Origin: Rubripirellula sp.
Lineage (GTDB): Bacteria; Planctomycetota; Planctomycetia; Pirellulales; Pirellulaceae
Direction of reading: 5' to 3'
NCBI GenBank assembly: GCA_965216875.1
Contig: OZ244207.1
Span: forward strand, 832,001 to 896,000
Length of the DNA stretch: 64,000 nucleotides
Positions 43,459 through 50,964 of the stretch are shown here, one piece after another. The first letter of the stretch is position 1, and the number at the start of each line of letters is the position of its first letter. The translations under genes and the position numbers were made by a program. The notes under the pieces were generated by a model. That model ran no database searches and was not told the DNA's origin. It saw nothing but the letters and a program-made list of their open reading frames with translations.

Positions 43459-44625
43459 ATGAAAAAGCACATCAAGTTCGCGACGGTTTGCGTATTGTTT
43501 GCAGCAATCGTCGCGTGTGGTCCTTCGCTGTTCACACCGGTCACCTTGGCCGATGACCATGGTGGACAGGGTGATCCCAATGAAAAGTCAACTTGGGTCA
43601 CGTCGATCGCTCAAGTTGGGACGTCGGCCGAGTTTGTTGCGGCGACCGCTGATGGCCTTTTGCTTCGCGAAGCTGCGGTGGTTTCCTTTCAAGCAGCGGA
43701 TCCAACCGAGCTAAAACCGCTCTACACCCATCCCGCCGCCGTCTGGTGCGTCGACTCGACCGCTGATGGATCCCAGGTCGCCAGCGTCGACTATCGAGGC
43801 AACCTTGTTTTGTACGATGTGGCTCAGGCAAAGCCCTCGTTGCATGAAAAGGCACTCGAGCGTTGGTGCCAGGCGATGCAATTTGCGCCCGACGACAAAT
43901 CGATCGTTGCCGGCAACGAAGCAGGGAAGATTCTGATTTGGGATATCGCAACCGGCAAAGTCACCAAGACCGCAGAACTGGATGGGCATGCCGTCACTGG
44001 CATCGCCATTTCACCGGATGGTTCGCAGTTGGCTGCAAGTGATGGCGCCGGACATGTCCACCTTCTGAAATGGCCCGGGTTGGAAGCGGTGGGCGAAATC
44101 AAGACGGTCGATCAGCCCGCTTGGTGTGTCGCATTCAGCAATGACGGATCGAAACTTTTTGTGGGCAGCGCAGATCGCAACCTCTATCAATGCGACGCCA
44201 AAGCAGACGCGAAAGCTGAAAGCGTCGCAAAGGGCGCCGATTGGATCACCGAACTTGCTGTGTCGGCGTCTGGCCAAATCGCGGCGGGCGAAGTCGGGGG
44301 GCGGCTTCATTTTCCTTCACTCGGTGGCACCGATTCGATGGATGCAACAAGCGGCGTTTGGGCACTCTGCTGGAATGGGGACTCGCAGCTGTTTGCCGGA
44401 ACGCGTAAGGATGGCATCTTGATCGCGGGCCAAAGTTGGAAATGGACCGAGCCAGCACCACCCCAAGAAGAAACCGAGCAGGCCCCGGCAACTGAGTCGG
44501 CTGAAAAAGGGGACGGCGATGCGGCGGACGAAGTCGATGACGATGCGGAGGAGGATGATTCCGCTGACACGCCCGAAGCGAATGAGAAGCCCGAAGCCAG
44601 CGAGAAAGGTGGTGCGAAGGAATGA
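43459..44625 (+). CDS. Exported WD40-repeat protein with acidic C-terminal tail
   Basis: Signal peptide; FAPDDKSIVAG..GKILIWD, ISPDGSQLA, FSNDGSKLF; D/E-rich tail. Confidence 0.85.
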   Translation: MKKHIKFATVCVLFAAIVACGPSLFTPVTLADDHGGQGDPNEKSTWVTSIAQVGTSAEFVAATADGLLLREAAVVSFQAADPTELKPLYTHPAAVWCVDSTADGSQVASVDYRGNLVLYDVAQAKPSLHEKALERWCQAMQFAPDDKSIVAGNEAGKILIWDIATGKVTKTAELDGHAVTGIAISPDGSQLAASDGAGHVHLLKWPGLEAVGEIKTVDQPAWCVAFSNDGSKLFVGSADRNLYQCDAKADAKAESVAKGADWITELAVSASGQIAAGEVGGRLHFPSLGGTDSMDATSGVWALCWNGDSQLFAGTRKDGILIAGQSWKWTEPAPPQEETEQAPATESAEKGDGDAADEVDDDAEEDDSADTPEANEKPEASEKGGAKE

Positions 44626-45545
44626 TTGAATCTGGCGGAGCTGCTGGTTCATCGCGTGATGCTACGGACAAGAGCGAATCAAAGTCGCTTGAGTATGTTG
44701 TGCGTTGTGGATCGATGCGCATCCTGGGCGTGATGTCGGCGCGATCGCAGTATCGATACGGCGATGAAGTGGTGGTGCGGACCGATCGCGGTACCGAGAT
44801 CGGCACGGTCTTGTGTGAAGCGACGCCGGTTGCGGTTGGGTTTATGGACGAACCAACGCACGGCCGGATCGTTCGCAGCGTTTCGGATGATGACCGCGAT
44901 CAATGGAGCGAACTCGGCGACAAGACTTCGGAAGACATGAAGGTCTGCCAGAAGTGGGTCGACACTTTGCGTTTGGACATGCAGCTTGTCGATGTCGAGA
45001 GGATCTTGGGCGGTGAGCGAGTGGTCGTCTATTTTCTCGCCGACCAACGCGTCGACTTTCGCCAACTGGTTCGCGACTTGGCTAAAGAATTCCATACACG
45101 GATCGAGATGCGGCAGATTGGCGTGCGAGACGAAGCGAAATTGCTCGCTGACTACGGCGACTGCGGACAGCCGATTTGCTGTGCGACCCATTTGAGCAAG
45201 ATGCCGCCGGTTTCGATGAAGATGGCCAAGGTCCAGAAGGCGACGCTCGACCCTACGAAAATCTCCGGACGCTGCGGTCGGCTAAAATGTTGTTTGCGGT
45301 ACGAGTTTGATACGTACCAGTCACTGGCGGCGGAGCTTCCCGACATCGGCACAAGTGTCCTCACGCGGGACGGAACGGCCTCGGTCGTCGGGCAAGACAT
45401 TTTGTCGGGGCACTTGACCGTCAAGACCGAAGACAATCGCCGGGTGATGATTCATCGTGACGACATCGTACGTGTGCTAGAGGACACAAAGCCATCGCGG
45501 CCCAAGAAAAAGCGAAACAGGAAATCCAACCCCGGTTCCGAATAA
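44622..45545 (+). CDS. ricT: PSP1/YaaT (RicT-like) Fe-S protein
   Basis: RVDFRQLVRDL, RIEMRQIGVRDEAK, GDCGQPICC, KISGRCGRLKCCLRYE. Confidence 0.9.
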   Translation: MIESGGAAGSSRDATDKSESKSLEYVVRCGSMRILGVMSARSQYRYGDEVVVRTDRGTEIGTVLCEATPVAVGFMDEPTHGRIVRSVSDDDRDQWSELGDKTSEDMKVCQKWVDTLRLDMQLVDVERILGGERVVVYFLADQRVDFRQLVRDLAKEFHTRIEMRQIGVRDEAKLLADYGDCGQPICCATHLSKMPPVSMKMAKVQKATLDPTKISGRCGRLKCCLRYEFDTYQSLAAELPDIGTSVLTRDGTASVVGQDILSGHLTVKTEDNRRVMIHRDDIVRVLEDTKPSRPKKKRNRKSNPGSE

Positions 45546-45653
45546 TCGGTCCGAATCGAAACGATTGGCGAGTTGCGGACAGTCCAATAGACAGGCCTCC
45601 CTTTCCTGTGGACAATCTGCCCAGTCACTCACAATCCACCCCGCGAGCAAGTC

Positions 45654-46082
45654 ATGAATTCGCCGTTGCAAGCGATGCGAGATCTACTGGACGAGGATCG
45701 GCGGTTTAAGCTGGAAGCGTACCAGTTCATCCGCGAATCGCTTCAATATGCCCACGAGAACTTGAATCTGGTCGATTCCGAAGCGAACCCACCCGCTCAG
45801 GCGTCGCCTGATCAACCCAACGCAAAGCACGTTACCGGGCAACAACTTTGCGAAGCTTGTCGCCAATATGCGATCGACCAATATGGCTATCTGTCAAAGA
45901 TTGTGTTGGCAAGCTGGGGGATTCAGACGACGAGCGATTTCGGCGAATTGGTTTACAATCTGATTCGCATCGACCAGATGCGTAAAAGCGAAAACGATCG
46001 CCGAGAGGATTTTGATGACGTCTACTCCTTTGATGATGCCTTCGAGCCCGAGTTTGAATTCGTCGCTCGCGACGAAGACTGA
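45654..46082 (+). CDS. Minf_1886 family (Verrucomicrobia/Planctomycetes-type) protein
   Basis: EAYQFIRESL, HVTGQQLC, WGIQTTSDFGELVYNLI, DRREDF. Confidence 0.85.
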   Translation: MNSPLQAMRDLLDEDRRFKLEAYQFIRESLQYAHENLNLVDSEANPPAQASPDQPNAKHVTGQQLCEACRQYAIDQYGYLSKIVLASWGIQTTSDFGELVYNLIRIDQMRKSENDRREDFDDVYSFDDAFEPEFEFVARDED

Positions 46083-46932
46083 ACCGCGAAACGCAAGCCG
46101 TCGATATGACACCTTTTGGGCGGCGCTCATCACACTCACGCTCGTCGCCGTAGTCACGCCAGCTCTCTCGGCGCAACCACCCTACGCGCCAGCGTCGACG
46201 ACTGCTGAGGCCGAAACCACGACCGTTGCCGACGGGCCCGGGGATCGACCTCGCCCCGAAAACGAAAAGGCCCGCAAGACCTACATGGGACGGATCGTCG
46301 CCATGCCGATGTCGCATCGCGGCGCTGGCTGGCTGATTCGCGACAACCGCGATGACGAAGAGCGGGCCTCACGTTCCTTTGTTGAACTCAAGCTGACCGA
46401 AGGGATGACGGTTTGCGACCTTGGATGTGGCAACGGCTATTGGACCCTTCCGATGGCAAAGAAAGTTGGCGTTGATGGCCGCGTGCTCGCTGTCGACATC
46501 CAACGTGAGATGCTGCAAAAGCTGAACGTCCGCGCGAATCGAGTGAAGATAGAGAACATCGAACCCATTTTGGGAAAGATCGATGACCCTCGGCTTCCAG
46601 CAGGCGAAGTCGACCTGCTGTTGATGGTTGACGTCTATCACGAGTTTTCGCATCCCGAATCGATGCTCTGGGGGATTCGCAACAGTCTCAAACCAGAGGG
46701 GGTGGTCGCCCTGCTGGAGTACCGCAAAGAAGACCCGACCGTGCCAATCAAAGAACTGCACAAAATGTCGAAGGTGCAGATCATGAAAGAGTACAAAGCG
46801 AATGGATTCAAGCTTGTGCGTGAATTCAACGAGTTGCCGTGGCAGCACCTGATGTTCTTCGCACGTGACGACAGCCCACTCGAGGAAATTGAGCCGGTTC
46901 CCACGCAACAAGTGCTCGACAATTTGAAGTAA
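46012..46932 (+). CDS. Class I SAM-dependent methyltransferase with signal-peptide-like segment
   Basis: YMGRIVA.PM, DLGCGNG, AVDIQ, VDVYHEF, LKPEG, LPWQH. Start uncertain (46033/46036 possible). Confidence 0.88.
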   Translation: MMTSTPLMMPSSPSLNSSLATKTEPRNASRRYDTFWAALITLTLVAVVTPALSAQPPYAPASTTAEAETTTVADGPGDRPRPENEKARKTYMGRIVAMPMSHRGAGWLIRDNRDDEERASRSFVELKLTEGMTVCDLGCGNGYWTLPMAKKVGVDGRVLAVDIQREMLQKLNVRANRVKIENIEPILGKIDDPRLPAGEVDLLLMVDVYHEFSHPESMLWGIRNSLKPEGVVALLEYRKEDPTVPIKELHKMSKVQIMKEYKANGFKLVREFNELPWQHLMFFARDDSPLEEIEPVPTQQVLDNLK

Positions 46933-47062
46933 ACTCTGCTCCCAGAGTTTCAAGCACGTCGTTGGCGGATGACGAGTCTGTTACTGCCCGCCCGCCTGTA
47001 GAATGTGCAACCATCGCGCCGAAGGACTTCGGCTCCCAATCCATCTGCAGGGATCCCACCGC

Positions 47063-48352
47063 ATGCTAACGACCATCCGCTTGAACATCATGATGTTCCT
47101 CCAGTTCTTTGTCTGGGGAGCTTTCTTTGTTCCGCTCGGTGGCTACTTGAGCGAGATCTTTGGCAACGAAGAGAACCTCAACAAAATCATTGGCGACGTT
47201 TATTCAACGCAAACATGGGCCGCCGTCTTTGCGCCGGTCATCGTGGGGTTTGTCGCCGATCGCCTGTTCAACAAAGAACTTGTCAACGGTGTGCTTCATC
47301 TGCTTGGCGCAGTGATGTTGTGGTGGTGTAGCGGAATTACCGATTCAACCAGTCAGTTTTACTGGGTGATGATGGCGTTCTTCCTCTGTTACATGCCAAC
47401 ACTCGCGCTCGTCAACGCGATCACCTTTCAGAATGTCGACTCGATCGAAAACGACTTTCCAAAGATTCGACTTTGGGGAACGATTGGTTGGATCGTTTCG
47501 GGGCTGGTCGTTTCGCAGTCGATGTTTGGTTTGTTCAATATTCCGGTGTTGCCCGGCATCGAAGACGCTGGCAAGACCGCTGTGCCACTAAAGATCTCGG
47601 CGATTGTCAGTCTGTTCTACGGAATCTACAGCTTTACGTTGCCAAAGTCGCCGCCGCAAGGACGCGATCAGCCGATCAGTATTGCCAAGATCTTCGGCCT
47701 CGATGCCGTGCGACTGTTCGCCAATCCGCACTACCTGATCTTCGCCATTTGTTCGTTCCTGATCTGCATTCCGCTCGCTTTCTACTACGCTCGCACCTAC
47801 GACTTCGTTGAAAAGATGGCCTTTGGCAGTTCCTCTGCTGGTGTGATGGCGCTCGGTCAAGTTTCGGAGATCTTCTTCATGGCCTTGGTGCCATTTTTCC
47901 TTTCGCGTCTGGGCGTGAAGTGGATGCTGCTGGTCGGGATGTTGGCTTGGGCATTGCGATATGCCTTGTTCGGTTTGATGCCTTCCACCGGAGCGATGCT
48001 TGTGCTCGGAATCGTGTTGCATGGGATCTGCTACGACTTCTTCTTTGTCACCGGCCAGCTCTACACTGACCGCATTGCACCGCGGGAGATTCGCACGAGT
48101 GCCCAGGCGCTGCTTGGCCTATTGACCTATGGTGCCGGCATGTTGGTCGGCAACTTGATTCACGGTCCATGGGGTGACTACATCGAGCTTGACCCAACGA
48201 CGGCTGAGGGATGGGAGGCCGGAGCGATGAAGTTCTGGTTGATGCCCGCCGGACTCGCTGTGATGGTCGCCGTGTTGTTCTTCCTCACTTTCTGGGACAG
48301 ATCAGCCGCCGCCAAAGGGGGCGCGATGGAAGAACCCGAGACCGAGTTGTAG
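47063..48352 (+). CDS. MFS transporter, nucleoside:H+ symporter (NupG/YegT) family
   Basis: MMFLQFFVWG, YMPT, FPKIRLWGTIGWI, GQVSEIFFM, LHGICYDFFFV. Confidence 0.92.
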   Translation: MLTTIRLNIMMFLQFFVWGAFFVPLGGYLSEIFGNEENLNKIIGDVYSTQTWAAVFAPVIVGFVADRLFNKELVNGVLHLLGAVMLWWCSGITDSTSQFYWVMMAFFLCYMPTLALVNAITFQNVDSIENDFPKIRLWGTIGWIVSGLVVSQSMFGLFNIPVLPGIEDAGKTAVPLKISAIVSLFYGIYSFTLPKSPPQGRDQPISIAKIFGLDAVRLFANPHYLIFAICSFLICIPLAFYYARTYDFVEKMAFGSSSAGVMALGQVSEIFFMALVPFFLSRLGVKWMLLVGMLAWALRYALFGLMPSTGAMLVLGIVLHGICYDFFFVTGQLYTDRIAPREIRTSAQALLGLLTYGAGMLVGNLIHGPWGDYIELDPTTAEGWEAGAMKFWLMPAGLAVMVAVLFFLTFWDRSAAAKGGAMEEPETEL

Positions 48353-48369
48353 TTCGTAGGGCGTTACGA

Positions 48370-48577
48370 GTAGGCCGGATCAAGGAGCGACAGCGGCGCA
48401 GATCCGGCATCATTTATTTGTAGATGTCATTGCGCATCGCGACGAAATCGGTCGGGCCCGAGGCGTCAATTCAACGTTGCGGGGGCATGTTTGGGACCCT
48501 GCCGGATCTGTGTCGCTGTCGCTCCTTGATCCGGCCTACGCCCCATAATCCGGCCTACGCCCTATAATCCGGCCTAC
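48370..48577. repeat. GTAG REP doublet (REPIN-like) plus two 19-bp tandem end duplications
   Basis: 40-bp inverted arms at 48370-48409 and 48500-48539 (2 mismatches), then gccc(c/t)ataatccggcctac twice. Confidence 0.9.
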
Positions 48578-49605
48578 GCAAGTTCCGCGGCTTGGCTGAT
48601 CAAGCCGTCGACATCGGCTTCGGTGGTGGCCCAGGAGCACATCAGACGCGAAGTCCCTACACCGATGAAGTCGTAAAACTTCCAACCTGCCTCACGCAGC
48701 CGATCGGCGACGCCATCGGGGAATTCAACGAACACGGCGTTCGATTCGACGGGGGCGACGATTCGCGTTGCCGGAATTTTTGAAAGCCCATCGGACAAAC
48801 GTTTGGCCATCGCGTTGGCATGCCGGGCATTGCTCAGCCATGCGCCGGTTTCGAGCATCGTCACCCACGGGGCCGAAAGGTAACGCATTTTCGACGCGAG
48901 CTGTCCCGCCTGTTTGCAGCGGAATTCGAACTCTTGGGCCAGTTCGCGATTGAAAAAGATGACGCAATCACCGACGGCCATGCCATTCTTGGTTCCGCCC
49001 ATGCAAAGAACATCGACGCCGCGTTTCCATGTCACTTCCTTGGGAGCCACATCGAGTGTCGCCATCGCGTTGGCGAATCGAGCACCATCCATGTGCAGAT
49101 TCAAACCCAAGCGTTGTTTTGTTTCGTGCACTCGGTCGAGCGATGCGCGATCGTAAACGGTGCCAAGTTCCGTCGACTGAGTGATGCTGAGGACTTTCGT
49201 TTTAGGGAAGTGAATGTCACAGCGTTTTTTCGCGATCGCTTCGACTTGATCGGTATCAACACGGCCATGATCGCCTTGGACCAACAGGAGCTTTGTCCCG
49301 TTGGAATAGAACTCGGGACCGCCGCACTCGTCGGTTTCGATGTGGGCCAGCTCGTGAGCGATCACGCTGTGGTACGACTGGCACATCGCGGCGAGGGCAA
49401 GTGAATTCGCGGCCGTGCCGTTGAATGTGAAAAAGACATCGCAGCCGACTTCGAATAAATCGCGAAGCAAATCGGCCGCCTTATGCGTCCATTGATCGTC
49501 GCCGTAGGGTGATGCTGCGTTGCCGTTCGCTTCGTTGAGTGCCTGCCAAGCTTCCGGGCAAATGCCGGAGGTGTTGTCGCTGGCAAATTGACAACCTGGT
49601 TCCAT
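48574..49605 (-). CDS. ltaE: Low-specificity L-threonine aldolase
   Basis: FASDN, YGDD, NGTAAN, DECGGPEF, HMDGARFANA, GGTKNG, KQAGQLASKMR. Confidence 0.93.
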   Translation of the reverse strand: MEPGCQFASDNTSGICPEAWQALNEANGNAASPYGDDQWTHKAADLLRDLFEVGCDVFFTFNGTAANSLALAAMCQSYHSVIAHELAHIETDECGGPEFYSNGTKLLLVQGDHGRVDTDQVEAIAKKRCDIHFPKTKVLSITQSTELGTVYDRASLDRVHETKQRLGLNLHMDGARFANAMATLDVAPKEVTWKRGVDVLCMGGTKNGMAVGDCVIFFNRELAQEFEFRCKQAGQLASKMRYLSAPWVTMLETGAWLSNARHANAMAKRLSDGLSKIPATRIVAPVESNAVFVEFPDGVADRLREAGWKFYDFIGVGTSRLMCSWATTEADVDGLISQAAELA

Positions 49606-49648
49606 CTGTTTCCGCCAAACAAGTGAGTGGTGCCGTGAAGGGTAAAAA

Positions 49649-50869
49649 TCAATCTGCTTGGCGAGCAAGTTCGTTAGTCGCTTCAGCAAATCGCTTACCG
49701 ATTTTGGCAAAGATTTTGGCGCAGCCTAGGTAGTGGAATTCAAAATTTGAAACGGCCGTCTCGAGGATCTTGAGTTCTCGTTCGTCAAACTCCTCGCTCC
49801 GCATCTGTTTCTGTCTGGTGGCTAACTCCTGGCGGCTCCATTTGCCCTCATTTTCGAGGCGTTTGATCTCCTGTTTGATCTTCGCTTCGCGCTGACGCAG
49901 CGCCGTCACTTCCATGTCCCAGCATTCTTCGGTCGGCACGGCGATCACGTTGCCGCGAAACTCGGGCAAACGGGCGGGAGCGGCCATTGCGTCGCGGAAG
50001 TTTTGATGGACCGATGCGTATCGTTTCTGCCCGTCGCCGTATTTTGCGACAGGCCCGCCTGCTCCCATGACGCCAATCACGAAGGGCAGTTCTGGCGCAT
50101 CCAAATCCTTGCGCACGTCGCGGATAAAGTGTGTCAGTACCTTGCTGTAGTCGTCATAGCCGCCCGGCTGGTCTCGCGTTGGGTAGACGCCCCGATCGAC
50201 CATGTCGTTCCAGCCCTGGAACCAAACAAACCCGGCGAGTTCATAGCCCAGCTTTTCGTCGTAATCAGGCTTCACTCGCGTGATGTCGGCCAATACCGTT
50301 TTGACGTGGTCGGTCATCAAGCGGTAGTAGTGCCCGGTCGCTTCTTTGCGTTCGGCTTTGATTTGGTCGATGTCTTTATTCTGTTTGCGAAAGTTCGCGA
50401 GTTGGTCTTCGTTGAAGACGTAGGGGCCAGCACTCGGAGGACGAAAATCGGTATGCAGACTCTTGCCGCCCCACGCTGTTTTGATGATCAAGATCGGCTC
50501 GTCGACAAGTCGTTGCATGTAAATGCCAAACGTGAATTCAGGACCGATTTTGGGGCCGTTTTTCTCGGCACCAAAGCCCGCGGTCAGCTTGCCGGTTTTT
50601 TCTTGGTCTGCCGATCCGATCGAAGTGATCCAGACGTTCTCGCAGACGGATGGCGTCCCGTCATCGTCGGTCATCGCATCGAGCAAGGGAGCTGTTTCGG
50701 GGTCCATGCCGATGTGAGCGAAGGTGCGAATGTGGGCGTGCCCCTGCATGTTCGATTGACCAGCAAGGATGTAAACCTTGAGCGGCGAGTCGGCTCGGGC
50801 GGCTGAGGTGCCAAAGAAGCAGAACGCACAAGCAAGGAAGAGGCGGTACGAGCGGGGTGAATGAGGCAT
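49649..50869 (-). CDS. Sialate O-acetylesterase/SASA-domain carbohydrate esterase, exported
   Basis: ILAGQSNMQG, IGPEF, KTAWGGKSL..DFRPPS, WFQGWND, FHY. Confidence 0.9.
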   Translation of the reverse strand: MPHSPRSYRLFLACAFCFFGTSAARADSPLKVYILAGQSNMQGHAHIRTFAHIGMDPETAPLLDAMTDDDGTPSVCENVWITSIGSADQEKTGKLTAGFGAEKNGPKIGPEFTFGIYMQRLVDEPILIIKTAWGGKSLHTDFRPPSAGPYVFNEDQLANFRKQNKDIDQIKAERKEATGHYYRLMTDHVKTVLADITRVKPDYDEKLGYELAGFVWFQGWNDMVDRGVYPTRDQPGGYDDYSKVLTHFIRDVRKDLDAPELPFVIGVMGAGGPVAKYGDGQKRYASVHQNFRDAMAAPARLPEFRGNVIAVPTEECWDMEVTALRQREAKIKQEIKRLENEGKWSRQELATRQKQMRSEEFDERELKILETAVSNFEFHYLGCAKIFAKIGKRFAEATNELARQAD

Positions 50870-50964
50870 GGTGGCGACCGGGGATGGAGGAGGGGAAAGG
50901 AAGGCCGAGCCATTCTAGGTCAACCGACAACGCGAAGGTGGTGCTGTTTATTTGCAAAGCACGT

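Noticed and set aside
48370..48577. Possible CRISPR array from repeated ccggcctac units
   Set aside because: Units are inverted or directly tandem without unique spacers, and there are no cas genes; explained as REP.
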